Shown here: positions 40,480-51,070 of the stretch, in pieces | Position numbering within the stretch: the first letter of the stretch is position 1 | Layout of the letters: each line of letters begins with the position of its first letter | Source of the DNA: Candidatus Cloacimonadales bacterium | GTDB taxonomy: Bacteria > Cloacimonadota > Cloacimonadia > Cloacimonadales > DAONDQ01 | Length of the DNA: 64,000 nucleotides | Reading direction: 5' to 3' | Assembly: GCA_963662275.1 (NCBI GenBank) | Contig: OY759316.1 | Coordinates: 480,001-544,000 of the forward strand | The notes under the pieces: generated by a model | The model's database searches: none | What the model was told of the DNA's origin: nothing | Seen by the model: the letters and a program-made list of their open reading frames with translations, nothing else | Made by a program: the position numbers and the translations under genes

Positions 40480-43215
40480 CTAATCAACCGTAATAGATTT
40501 TGATACATTCTTAGGAACATCAGGATGAACCCCATGTTCCATAATACCTAAGCGGTCAAGATACTGCATTTTCTTCACACTCATCCTGAGAGCCAATAAT
40601 TGCAATACCACGGAAGATGAAAAGACGGTCATCAGACAATCTCCGGTACTGGGAAGAACAATATATCCCCAGCCATAATAAGCGGTTGCATCCGGGGAAG
40701 AGTTGGCATTTTTGCGAAGTTTGTCATTTTCTTCAGCGATAATGAACGTATCTGCTCCCCTGATTTTATGCGTGTTAATTTGTGAAATCGTCAGATTAAT
40801 ATCTCTTTCATCAGGACCAGTGACGTAGATTAGCGGGTAATTGCGGTACAAAGGCTCAAAGAAATCATTTTCAGAGACAATCTGCTTGAAAAGAGAAGTT
40901 GCTTCCTTGGATAGATTGAAGGGGAATGTTCGTGTAAACATATAGCTGCCTAATGCCTTGATGATTCGTCTGGATTCCTGCATGGGAATTCCCTTTTCCA
41001 TCGATCTTTCATCAATCATATCGATAAGAAGACTGAAATTGTTAACGACAGCTTTGATACTCTTCATTCCATACACGGTGTTCTTTCCCAAAATTGTGTT
41101 TGGTCCATGCTTAAACTCAGAGGCTTCACGTCCTTCTGAATGACACAACACCGTTTCCCTGATTTTCAGAGAACCTTCCATCGCAACACCACTGATCTTT
41201 GTTGCCAGGATATGCATCGATGGTTCCATATATACTTTATGAGCAACAGATTCGATTAAATCAGCAGTTGTATCAATCGTTTCCTTCAGTAAAAGAGGAA
41301 TATCATACATGGATTTATACCGCTTCTCCAGGCTATCTTCAAGTTCTTTGATAAGGGACTTATTTGCATTCTGGTTATGAAGACAGTCGATCTTAACTTC
41401 CAAGGAACGAACTGCTAAGTAATAGAATAAAGTTAACTGGTTCATGAAACTCTTGGTTGCCGGTACAGCGATTTCAGGACCGCAGAGTATTGGGATCGCC
41501 ACATCGCTCTTTTCCTGACCAAGTGTGGAATTCATGTTATTTACGAGAACCACTTTGTTGATACTCAGGTCAAGACCATCAAGGTCATCAAAGATATCGA
41601 TGAGGTCTTTTGTTTCACCACTCTGGGAAACTCCAATGATAAGATCATGATCTTTCATTGTATTTGAGTATTCACCACGAAAATCACCTGGTAATATGGG
41701 AATAATTTCAATCCTGGCAATCTCATTGAAGAAGAGAGCTGCCACTTTTGTGGCGTGGAAAGAAGTACCGCAGGCAATCGTATAGGTCAAACGATTATGG
41801 AGAATTGTATCCCGAATCAATTCCAGGAAGTGATCAATACAGCTATTGAAATCACTGACATCAGCGGTTTCCGTGATGGCATCCAGTGCTTTTGCCGTAA
41901 TGAGCTTATTCTTATCAAATTCTTCACCAATCAAATCGATAAAGGTATTCTTCTCGCTAGAGAAGAAGTACTTCTTTTCAAAATTCTCTTTCACAAGTTC
42001 AGCAAAGATACTGTTATATTCATTCTCAACCTTGCCTAAGAAAAACTTGGCGGTATCTGTTTGCATGAATTGATTGAAGACAGATTCACGCTGTTCAAAA
42101 TTCTCTGTATCAAGTATTGCCTGGGTTAGTTCTTCAAGATTCTTCAGTATGCCTTCCTGTTTTAACAAGCTGATCATGTGTTTTCCGGTATTGGAACCAC
42201 CCTGGAATAGCTTAATCAATTTTCCTGTTGACTCAGGCTGGGCATGGATTTCCTGTTCCATGAAATAATCGAATTCAGGCAGGAGCTCAGTATCTTCTGC
42301 ACGTAGTTTTGATCGTACCGGTTTGGATTCGATCATATCACCTTCGTTGTAGGATTCATCCTCTTGATTCAGTTTCTTGAAGCATAATTTCTTTTGGGCA
42401 TAGAGTTGGTAATGATCTGCAACAAACTCTACAAATTCACCCTCCCGCAATTTCACGAGCATTTTTGTAAATCTTAATACAGCCGTGAGATCTGAAGAAG
42501 CTAGACAAAACTGCATTCCTTCAATTTCTCCAACTCCAAAATAGAGACTGCTTCCAGATTTAATAGCATAACTAATCTCTGTTTCAGGGTCAACTACAAC
42601 TGCTGCGTAAGAACCAACAAGCTTTGATGATGCCTGGATAATCGCCTTTCTCATACATTTTCTGCGTATATCATGATTTTTATGATGATCCTTGTGTTCT
42701 TTATCAAGTTCAATATCAAAATAGTGTTCTATGGTATGAACAAGCATTTCACCATCATTATCTGAAAGAACTGTATGTCCTTCGCTCACCAGCCAGGTCT
42801 TTAACTCACGTGTATTGGTGATATTACCGTTATGAGCACCATACATGTGCCTTTTACATTTCACTTCATGAGGCTGGGCATTTGTCTGGGTCACATTTCC
42901 GAAAGTCGCCCATCGTACTTGACCGCAGAATATCTTTCCTTCCTGTTTATCAATTCCCAAGGTTTTAACCAAAGTACTGGGAGCGCCGACATCCTTAAGT
43001 AGAGTAATTTTTTTATTTTCATCCTGGAATGCCGCACCTGTGGAATCATAACCTCTATATTCAAGAGCTTTTAACAAAGTGGAAGCAAATTTGCCCATGT
43101 TGACAGAAGACTTGCTCAAACTTAAACCGAGAACACCACAGCCAATTCCAAATATTGGGATTCGTACCGTGAATGTCATTGAATCAAGAAATCGAATCAG
43201 CTTTTCTCTATTCAT
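40480..43215 (-). CDS. glmS: Atypical, long glutamine--fructose-6-phosphate aminotransferase
   Basis: CG..., LEYRGYDSTG, RWAT, HNGNI, ACGTS, SQSGET, EFKHGP and PKNVSKSITVD motifs; 911 aa. Confidence 0.85.
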   Translation of the reverse strand: MNREKLIRFLDSMTFTVRIPIFGIGCGVLGLSLSKSSVNMGKFASTLLKALEYRGYDSTGAAFQDENKKITLLKDVGAPSTLVKTLGIDKQEGKIFCGQVRWATFGNVTQTNAQPHEVKCKRHMYGAHNGNITNTRELKTWLVSEGHTVLSDNDGEMLVHTIEHYFDIELDKEHKDHHKNHDIRRKCMRKAIIQASSKLVGSYAAVVVDPETEISYAIKSGSSLYFGVGEIEGMQFCLASSDLTAVLRFTKMLVKLREGEFVEFVADHYQLYAQKKLCFKKLNQEDESYNEGDMIESKPVRSKLRAEDTELLPEFDYFMEQEIHAQPESTGKLIKLFQGGSNTGKHMISLLKQEGILKNLEELTQAILDTENFEQRESVFNQFMQTDTAKFFLGKVENEYNSIFAELVKENFEKKYFFSSEKNTFIDLIGEEFDKNKLITAKALDAITETADVSDFNSCIDHFLELIRDTILHNRLTYTIACGTSFHATKVAALFFNEIARIEIIPILPGDFRGEYSNTMKDHDLIIGVSQSGETKDLIDIFDDLDGLDLSINKVVLVNNMNSTLGQEKSDVAIPILCGPEIAVPATKSFMNQLTLFYYLAVRSLEVKIDCLHNQNANKSLIKELEDSLEKRYKSMYDIPLLLKETIDTTADLIESVAHKVYMEPSMHILATKISGVAMEGSLKIRETVLCHSEGREASEFKHGPNTILGKNTVYGMKSIKAVVNNFSLLIDMIDERSMEKGIPMQESRRIIKALGSYMFTRTFPFNLSKEATSLFKQIVSENDFFEPLYRNYPLIYVTGPDERDINLTISQINTHKIRGADTFIIAEENDKLRKNANSSPDATAYYGWGYIVLPSTGDCLMTVFSSSVVLQLLALRMSVKKMQYLDRLGIMEHGVHPDVPKNVSKSITVD

Positions 43216-43898
43216 AATCTATCTCCTTTCGAAATGATCAATTCTGCAATTCTGATATCTTCCGGTTCTGTAATTTTAATATTCCATGGAGAGACAACAA
43301 GGGCAAACACAGGAATGTCGAAGAATTCTAATATGGAAGCATCATCTGTAAATTGCAAATTTAAATTCTGTATTTTATCATGACAGGATTTCAGGATATC
43401 ATAAGCAAAGACTTGGGGTGTAAATACTTGATATAAGTCTTTCCTGGGTACAGTCCCTATCACTTTTCCATCAATTACTGTCTTTAAAGTATGATTCTCA
43501 GGACTAACCGGAACTACAGCTTTTTTCTCATAAGCAAGATTGAGCATTCTCGAGATGTCCTGCTTCGATATGAATGGTCTTACACCATCATGTACAAGAA
43601 CATATTCAGTGTCAGATGGACATAGTTGAAGTGCATTATAGACTGAATTCTGACGTTCCTGTCCACCTGCAATGCATCTAATCCTATCAGAGGCAAACTC
43701 AGTTGAGATAGCCTCTTGCATACTTTCGAGATCATCAGGGGGGAGAGTGATAATAATTTGATGAATCTCAGGATGATGCAGGAAAGGATCTAACGTCCAA
43801 AATAACAAGGGGCGACCGGATATACTGATATATTGTTTTTTTATTGTACCTGGTAAGCGTTTTCCTGCACCTGCGGCTGTTATGATTGCAACATTCAT
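43212..43898 (-). CDS. ispD: 2-C-methyl-D-erythritol 4-phosphate cytidylyltransferase
   Basis: AAGAGKR, GGQERQNSV, VHDGVRP, TDDAS and NIKIT motifs. Confidence 0.96.
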   Translation of the reverse strand: MNVAIITAAGAGKRLPGTIKKQYISISGRPLLFWTLDPFLHHPEIHQIIITLPPDDLESMQEAISTEFASDRIRCIAGGQERQNSVYNALQLCPSDTEYVLVHDGVRPFISKQDISRMLNLAYEKKAVVPVSPENHTLKTVIDGKVIGTVPRKDLYQVFTPQVFAYDILKSCHDKIQNLNLQFTDDASILEFFDIPVFALVVSPWNIKITEPEDIRIAELIISKGDRL

Positions 43899-44902
43899 GA
43901 TCTATCTGTCTTCCGAATTCGGTAGAAGATACCCCGTGTAAGTGTTTCAGATTCAAGGATACATTCTTCACACATTTCATTGAGAACCAGGTTAATTTCC
44001 TTCTCGTTATAGGAAAGAAACCCAACAATATCTTCTAAAGTGGATGGACGCCTCGCCAGGAGAGTCAGTATTTTCTCCTTTAAGTCACCTGTATGTAATT
44101 CAGATTGATGATTTTCTTTTGATTTTGCAATAATGTTCACAATGGTTTTATACTGCATTTTATTCAATTCTGAAGTATCAGGTTGTAATTGTGATGCTAT
44201 TTCATGAAGACGATTTCGATCTTCCGGTTCTACCCAATCTTCTGTTCCAGGTCTATCCAGAGAATTCAGTTGTACTTGGTCGGGTTGGATACGAAGTATG
44301 GCATCCCTGAACAGTTGTATCTCCTTTTCTGTATCATTGATACCAGGAACGATGAAAATCTCTAACCACATCAGTTGTTTGTATCGTTTTCGTAAGGCGA
44401 CTAAACCATCAATCATTGAAGCAGCGGAGATACCTGGGCAAGGTCGGTTAATTTGTTGGAATACATCTTCTGATACAGCATCAAGTGAAGGTAGGATAAC
44501 ATCTGCAGATAAGACATCCATAATAACTTGAGGATTCCTGAACATCGTACTATTAGTGATCAGACAAATCTTATATTGGGGATACTTTTCTTTGATATAT
44601 TGAATCAGTTCACCTAAACGACTGAACAATGTTGGTTCACCGGCACCGGAAAAGGTAATAAAATCTAAATGTGGGAGTGATTGAAGATAATCATCCAACT
44701 CAAGCAGGAGATCGCCAAATTTTACATATTCCAAGCGTGCTTCAGTGAAGTTGGTTGTAACACCGGCTTCACAGTAAATACAATTCAAAGAACATGTCTT
44801 TGGTGGAACAAGGTCAACCCCAAGAGATATACCTAATCTTCGTGAGTTGACAGGACCGAATAAATGTTTATAGTTCATGCTAAAATCCTGTTTTGCATAC
44901 AA
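43895..44902 (-). CDS. Radical SAM protein (COG0731-like)
   Basis: FGPVNSRRLGISLG, CSLNCIYC and GEPTL motifs. Confidence 0.88.
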   Translation of the reverse strand: MYAKQDFSMNYKHLFGPVNSRRLGISLGVDLVPPKTCSLNCIYCEAGVTTNFTEARLEYVKFGDLLLELDDYLQSLPHLDFITFSGAGEPTLFSRLGELIQYIKEKYPQYKICLITNSTMFRNPQVIMDVLSADVILPSLDAVSEDVFQQINRPCPGISAASMIDGLVALRKRYKQLMWLEIFIVPGINDTEKEIQLFRDAILRIQPDQVQLNSLDRPGTEDWVEPEDRNRLHEIASQLQPDTSELNKMQYKTIVNIIAKSKENHQSELHTGDLKEKILTLLARRPSTLEDIVGFLSYNEKEINLVLNEMCEECILESETLTRGIFYRIRKTDRS

Positions 44903-44942
44903 TAAGCATGTGTCAGATCACCAGTACACGATTTTTCAAATA

Positions 44943-47177
44943 TTAAAATGTAGTACCGAATTGAAAATGAGGTTCCCAAGTATGCTTATCCAGGGCATAA
45001 GCATAATCAAAACCAATCAATCCAAAGGGGCTGCGGATACGAACTCCAGGTCCAATACCTTTCTTAAATAACAGAAAATTGACATCTTTCAAAGAAATAT
45101 AGCTGTTTCCGGCATCGAAGAACAACAGACCGGTTACGGTATCACCACCGATGGGATATGCCAATTCGGAAGAGAAAATGACAGCGCGTGTTCCGCCATC
45201 TGATGGTCCAATTGAACGATCAGCATATCCGCGTATACCATCCAAGCCTGTACCGCCTAAATAAAATCTTTCGTCAGGAGGTACTTCCTTTGTTCCAGCG
45301 AATGCTCTCACAAAGCTGGCACGCCATTTTGCCCTTAATGCTAATTTCATATAGGTTTGTGTATACCAGTTAACTTGCGCGATTTCCTTCATATAATTGA
45401 AATCACCACCAAAAGGACCACCGGCAACTTCTGTGTAAAATGTGATTTGTGAACCGGAAGTTGGGAAGAAGACATTATCTCGTGTATCCCTTGAATAAGT
45501 AAGAGAACCTGAACTGGTGTGTGTCCATCCTAATTTATCCAAGGCAATCAAATTTTGATTGGATACGGAATCTATCGATGACCAGTCGTTAATTCGATAT
45601 TTCTTTGTGTAATAGGAATAACTGCCGACGATTCGTGAGCGGTTGATTTGGTAAAGTGGAAAACCTAATCGAATAGATGCACCTTGGGTTGCTACTTCAT
45701 AATAGAAAGATGTCCATTCCTTTCTCGTGTTATATAAATTGAAACCGAAGAGCATATCACTATCATAGAGATTTGGATTCGTAAAATCATATTCGAAATT
45801 CTGCGTCGTTCCCCCAAATTCCCATTTAATACTCGTAGACCAGTTATTACCAAAGAGATTGTTTTGAGATACGCTGAATTGACCTACAAATTTATCTGTG
45901 CTATTATAACCAACACCGCCATTCGCAGTTCCGGAAGCTTTGTCTTTGACATTTACCGTTAAATCGATATCTCCATTATTATTGATTGGTTTATAAGATG
46001 GAACCATATCAGGTTCGAAGAAACCCAGGTTATAAATGTTCTGCTGAGACCTGATTACACGTGATTGCTGGAAATAATCACCTGGGGCAATCTCTAATTG
46101 TCTTCTCAGGACTTTTTCCTTTGTTTTCAAGTTTCCTGTAAGTAGTATTTTATGAATCTTGGCACGAGTGTTTTCAGTGATATTCAGATTGATATTTACT
46201 TTATCTCCGACTTTCTCAATTTCATGATCAAATTGAGAATAGATGTAGCCTTCTTCATAATAGAGCGAGGATACTGTCTGAAGCTGTTTGTCAAATTTCT
46301 CTAAGTTAAATACGTCATTTTCCTTGAACTTGAATTTGCTTTTTATCATTTCATCAGTAAAACGAATGTTGCCATGAACTTTTATCACACCAAATTTATA
46401 CTTCTGACCTTCAAATATGTTAATCTCGACTTGCATGTATTTCTGGTCAAGCTGGACCGTGTCCGCTGATACAATATGAGCATCGATATAACCTAAAGTA
46501 TTGTAATATTTAACGATATTATCCAAATCTGTATCCAGTTTTTCCTGTTCATATCGACCGGAGCGGAGCAGATTTGCCGATTTGGTTTTCATCTTCTTGA
46601 ACAGGTTTTTCGATGTTACTTCCTCGTTACCTCGAAAGACGATATGCTTGATCACAACTTTCTCACCTTCATGAACCAGGAGCGTGATATCTACTTTATT
46701 ACTAGGCAACGGATTTTCCTTGAACTTAACATTGGCTAGATTATACCCTTTTTTGACATAATCTGCAACTATCTTTGCCCGTGCTTGAGATGCGAGGAAT
46801 GGTGAATAATAGCTTCCCTTCTTCAAAGTGATCATGTCTTCTAATTTGGAATCTTTTCCTACCTTGTTCCCTGAGAATTCAACACTATTCACAATCGGAT
46901 ATTCCTTCACCTTCACAATCAATATGATCCCATCCTTATAAGGTTCGGAATCTAAAGAAACATCATCAAAAACACTCAAGTTATATAAATCTTTAATGGT
47001 CTTTGCTACAGCATCTTGAGAGACTGCATCTCCCACACCAATTGACATCGAAGAGATGATCAATGACTTCTGAACATTCTGATTTCCAACGATACGTATT
47101 TCATAAATTGTCTCATTTTCTGCCCAAAGAAAACAGGTGGCTAGCAGGATGATGATCATAATGATCCAACGGGGCAT
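44943..47177 (-). CDS. bamA: Outer membrane protein assembly factor BamA
   Basis: POTRA domains, IRGY motif, SPFGLIGFDY and a terminal Phe. Confidence 0.95.
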   Translation of the reverse strand: MPRWIIMIIILLATCFLWAENETIYEIRIVGNQNVQKSLIISSMSIGVGDAVSQDAVAKTIKDLYNLSVFDDVSLDSEPYKDGIILIVKVKEYPIVNSVEFSGNKVGKDSKLEDMITLKKGSYYSPFLASQARAKIVADYVKKGYNLANVKFKENPLPSNKVDITLLVHEGEKVVIKHIVFRGNEEVTSKNLFKKMKTKSANLLRSGRYEQEKLDTDLDNIVKYYNTLGYIDAHIVSADTVQLDQKYMQVEINIFEGQKYKFGVIKVHGNIRFTDEMIKSKFKFKENDVFNLEKFDKQLQTVSSLYYEEGYIYSQFDHEIEKVGDKVNINLNITENTRAKIHKILLTGNLKTKEKVLRRQLEIAPGDYFQQSRVIRSQQNIYNLGFFEPDMVPSYKPINNNGDIDLTVNVKDKASGTANGGVGYNSTDKFVGQFSVSQNNLFGNNWSTSIKWEFGGTTQNFEYDFTNPNLYDSDMLFGFNLYNTRKEWTSFYYEVATQGASIRLGFPLYQINRSRIVGSYSYYTKKYRINDWSSIDSVSNQNLIALDKLGWTHTSSGSLTYSRDTRDNVFFPTSGSQITFYTEVAGGPFGGDFNYMKEIAQVNWYTQTYMKLALRAKWRASFVRAFAGTKEVPPDERFYLGGTGLDGIRGYADRSIGPSDGGTRAVIFSSELAYPIGGDTVTGLLFFDAGNSYISLKDVNFLLFKKGIGPGVRIRSPFGLIGFDYAYALDKHTWEPHFQFGTTF

Positions 47178-47480
47178 ATTTCCTCCATGAAACGAACGAG
47201 TCAGCTACAATTTTTTCAGTATCTGCAAAGGGAAGGGATATACAATTTCCCATACTTAACAATCTTAGACTAAATGTGTAGGAACATATAATTCGTAAAG
47301 AATTTTTTCAGGATATTCATAGGAAACGTGATATATATCCTTATCAGCTTTCATAGTGAGTTCCTATATTGATGGAAAAAGAAAATTTGTTTCTCCTGTT
47401 ATTCATAATATTATATCTCTGGAATGATGCATAGAGTTAACCGAATCAACTGCGAATAAATATAAAAAGGGTCTGATTAC

Positions 47481-47509
47481 AAGGGCAACCATTTAAGGTT
47501 GCCCTTTTT
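47481..47509 (+). terminator. Terminator-like hairpin in the divergent bamA/peptidase gap
   Basis: aagggcaacc-atttaa-ggttgcccttttt. Confidence 0.65.
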
Positions 47510-47601
47510 CTCTTCTCAACAGCTTTTACGTTATAAATTTCTTGCTAGATTCGAATTGCTAAGGAGACTTGATTCTACTTCAGATGAGGGTGGTATAATT
47601 C

Positions 47602-50505
47602 ATGAAAATAAAACACATTTACTTGATATTTCTAATCAACCTAGGCTTATTCAGTATCGCTTGGGCACATCCCAAATTCTATCAACCTCAATCTTTACCT
47701 TCCTATGAAGAAAGTTGTGAACGTGCTGATTCCCTGCATGGCTTTGATGTTCAAAAATATACTATCACATTGAATATCAACGATACATCACATTATATTT
47801 CGGGGAACGTTGTTGCTGATGTCCGTGCAACTTCCAATCTCGATGCTATTGATTATAACCTTGTCGGATTGAATGTCACCCAAGTCCTGGTCAATGACTT
47901 GGCAAACGCATATACAGTGGCAAATGGATTAGTTCATATCCCTCTCAGCGGAATATCCAATGACATGAATTTTACAACCAAAGTGGTATATTCCGGTACA
48001 CCTTCACTCAGCCCGACGATTTATCAAATTGGCATAATCTTCTCTTCTACAATGGTATTCACTCTTTCTGATCCTGATGCCAGCAGGAATTGGTGGCCCT
48101 GTTATGACCACCCTTGGGATAAGGCTGTTATTGACCTTCATATTACGATGCGAAGTGATTGGCTGGTGGCTTGCAATGGCATTCGCGATTCTATCATTGA
48201 TAATGGTGATGGCACAAAGACAACCAACTGGCTTGGTTCCAACCCTATGATTCCATATTTGGCATGTATAACAGCATCTAATTATCGTGAAATTAACCAA
48301 AACTATGGGACTATTCCCATCATGAATTTTGTCTCCAATGCCCAATATAACAATGCTGTCGCAGATTTTGCCAGCCTGCCTGCAATGATGAGTGTCTTTT
48401 CTCAGAAATATGGTAATTATCCCTTTGAAAAATATGGAAATGCTGTCGTCAATATGACCACTTTTGGAGCCATGGAACACCAGACGATGACGACAATGGG
48501 CAGCAGTTTCATCACAGGAAATCAATCCGGTCAATACACGATTGCCCATGAGTTAGCTCACAGTTGGTATGGAAACTGCCTTTCTCCCCTGACATTCAGG
48601 GATGTCTGGCTATCGGAAGGATTTGCTACGTATTCCGAAGCAGTATGGGAAGAAAGCCAACGTGGTTTTGGTTCAATGAGTAACTATATTGAATCACAAT
48701 TCCATAGTGTGTATTTAAACTGGGAGTCGGTTTCCAGTCCCCGTACGATATACAATCCTTCATTCAATAATTATTTCAGTCCACCTTCTTATGAAAAATC
48801 AGCTTCTGTTCTTCACATGCTGAGACTGCAAGTAGGTAATGCCAATTTCTGGAATATCATGCAGACCTGGTTTAGCAGTCATCATAACGGAAATGTTACT
48901 ACAGAGGAATTTGAAGCTCTTTGCGAATCTATCAGCGGACAGGATTTGCACCAGTTCTTCCAGCAATGGATCTATTCAGCAGGGATTCCTTCTATACAAT
49001 ATGCTTATTTTTTTGGACCGGCGGATTTCGAAAATATGCGAGTACCAGTGAAGATATTTGCAAAAACCACATGTCTATCGGGTGGAGAGTTCTATATGAA
49101 ACTCCCCATGTTGTTTGATGCCTATGATATAACCGATTCATTAGTTGTCGATGCTGTTCCAAATCCAGTGAATCCTCCTACTCAAATGATATCATATAGT
49201 GCGAATAATTCATGGTTTGATGTGGATATTAATCATTGGACACTAAATCGTGGTCTAACTCAAATGATGCCTTCCACACCACAGGTATTTCCTTCAAATA
49301 ATAGCGTCTATGTGTCTTGGCAGCCATTCTGGTCACAAGTACCGAATATCCGCTACAACATTTATCGCGTACAGGAAGGTGATTTGATTATTCGCAAGAT
49401 TCATACGACAGGAATCAATGAAACATATTACCTGGATACAACTGCTCAGAATGGGCAAAGCTATCAATACAGGATTACAGCCTTGTATAATAACGTGTAT
49501 GAATCGAATTATACGCAATGGGTTACAGCCATCCCTACCGACTTTGCCATGGACCAGGGACTGCTTGTTATTGATGAAACCCGTGATGGTGCAGGTACTG
49601 CCATTTCTCCAACGGATGTTACGGTTGATGATTTCTATAATTCTGTTTTAAGCATCGTTACTCATACGAACTATGACATAAATACTTCCGGCACACCTGC
49701 CTTGGAATTACTCAGTCATTATTCTACAGTGCTTTATCATGATGATGATTTCAGCAGTCATTCCATCCAGAATATAACCGATATTCTTGGAAGCTATGTG
49801 ATTGGAGGTGGAAACCTGATCATATCCGGTTGGAAAACTGCCGGGCAAATTCCCCAATCCTTCCTGGATATCTTTTTTCCTGGTATCCAAGTGAATTATG
49901 ATGGAACAGCAGATTTCATCTCTGCTCAATCTTCGACCTACCCCAGTTTGGTTCTCAATCCTGTTAAACTATCAAGTGTTTGGAATGGACATTTAAGTAT
50001 GGTGGAGACATTCACCAATATAACGAATCCAATTTATACCGGTAATTTCGTAGAAGGCAGTACATTCCAGGGACAGGCAATGGTAATTCAAACTGAACAA
50101 AATGGTCATCTTATCCTCTTGGGTTTTCCTCTATTTGTCATGATGAATGATGGAGTACAAGGTTTTCTAAATCAACTTCTCATGGAAATTGACCCCGCTG
50201 TTTCCAACAACGATATCTCTCAACCACAATTTACGGCTTCTCTCTCCATATACCCAAATCCTTTTTGCAGTAGCGCTTCAATTAAATATTCAACTCCAAA
50301 AGAGGGAAGGATAGAGATTTCTGTCTATAACCTTCGTGGCCAGAAAGTGAAAACCCTACTGAATGGAGATTCTCGTTACGGTATCAACACTCTTTCCTGG
50401 AAGGGACTGGATGATAATGGTAACCAGGTTGCAACAGGTATCTATTTCTGCAAAATGATAGTAAATGGGCAAAAACTCACGAAAAGAATGTTATTCATTA
50501 AGTAG
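47602..50505 (+). CDS. Secreted M1 aminopeptidase with FN3-like and T9SS/FlgD-Ig C-terminal domains
   Basis: GAMEH and HELAH-x18-E; YPNPF...VYNLRGQKV. Confidence 0.92.
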   Translation: MKIKHIYLIFLINLGLFSIAWAHPKFYQPQSLPSYEESCERADSLHGFDVQKYTITLNINDTSHYISGNVVADVRATSNLDAIDYNLVGLNVTQVLVNDLANAYTVANGLVHIPLSGISNDMNFTTKVVYSGTPSLSPTIYQIGIIFSSTMVFTLSDPDASRNWWPCYDHPWDKAVIDLHITMRSDWLVACNGIRDSIIDNGDGTKTTNWLGSNPMIPYLACITASNYREINQNYGTIPIMNFVSNAQYNNAVADFASLPAMMSVFSQKYGNYPFEKYGNAVVNMTTFGAMEHQTMTTMGSSFITGNQSGQYTIAHELAHSWYGNCLSPLTFRDVWLSEGFATYSEAVWEESQRGFGSMSNYIESQFHSVYLNWESVSSPRTIYNPSFNNYFSPPSYEKSASVLHMLRLQVGNANFWNIMQTWFSSHHNGNVTTEEFEALCESISGQDLHQFFQQWIYSAGIPSIQYAYFFGPADFENMRVPVKIFAKTTCLSGGEFYMKLPMLFDAYDITDSLVVDAVPNPVNPPTQMISYSANNSWFDVDINHWTLNRGLTQMMPSTPQVFPSNNSVYVSWQPFWSQVPNIRYNIYRVQEGDLIIRKIHTTGINETYYLDTTAQNGQSYQYRITALYNNVYESNYTQWVTAIPTDFAMDQGLLVIDETRDGAGTAISPTDVTVDDFYNSVLSIVTHTNYDINTSGTPALELLSHYSTVLYHDDDFSSHSIQNITDILGSYVIGGGNLIISGWKTAGQIPQSFLDIFFPGIQVNYDGTADFISAQSSTYPSLVLNPVKLSSVWNGHLSMVETFTNITNPIYTGNFVEGSTFQGQAMVIQTEQNGHLILLGFPLFVMMNDGVQGFLNQLLMEIDPAVSNNDISQPQFTASLSIYPNPFCSSASIKYSTPKEGRIEISVYNLRGQKVKTLLNGDSRYGINTLSWKGLDDNGNQVATGIYFCKMIVNGQKLTKRMLFIK

Positions 50506-50630
50506 CCACCACTTCAGTGAGTATTCCGTAGCAACAACTTCAGTCGTTGGATCAACTGCTTCAGCAGTTATAATGTTTTAACATTATCTGACATCTGGTG
50601 GTTTCCCCATTTAAATGGGCTGATTTGATG
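50502..50630 (+). repeat. REP mosaic starting at the peptidase stop codon
   Basis: gtagccaccacttcagtg (50502) and gtagcaacaacttcagtcgttgg (50528). 50521-50610 recurs at 52707 and 52871. Confidence 0.88.
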
Positions 50631-50746
50631 CACAAAGATCGGCATCTTACTTCAGAAGAAAGACAAGGGAAATTCGACTGGAACATAAAGCAACAATGAA
50701 CCAGCCCTAAGTACACATTGAACGAAACACTGTATAATTGCTATAT

Positions 50747-50815
50747 CATTACGGTAGCATTACGGTTTTTTACCGTAATGCTACCGTATTGCTACCGTAT
50801 TGGTACCGTAGTGCT
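50747..50815. repeat. Palindromic array of 11-bp repeats (accgtaNtgct family)
   Basis: cattacggtag cattacggt - ttttt - accgtaatgct accgtattgct accgtattggt accgtagtgct. Confidence 0.88.
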
Positions 50816-50819
50816 CTTA

Positions 50820-51070
50820 GGGACGTCAGCCCCTACTGTTAGATTTTCCCCATCGAAATGCCGATGAAGAGAATACGTCCTCTAAAAGAGCACGTAGCAC
50901 CATCAGATAGATAGCGCCCCAGAAACAGCTATGAAATTAACAAAACGTGATAGACTAAAGTGAAAATGGATAATATCCGGCAAGATACTGGATAAAACTT
51001 GCTATGGAATGAAAATTACGTGTGAATATTATATTTTATATTCTGTGGGTTGTAGAAATAAGGAGTACCA
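50820..51070 (+). repeat. Leader/spacer block of FG-GAP copy 2
   Basis: Inverted homolog of 36653-36904; contains the triple-hairpin module at 50851-50917. Confidence 0.93.

Noticed and set aside
47265..47354. 29-codon ORF upstream of bamA
   Set aside because: Too short, with no recognisable features.
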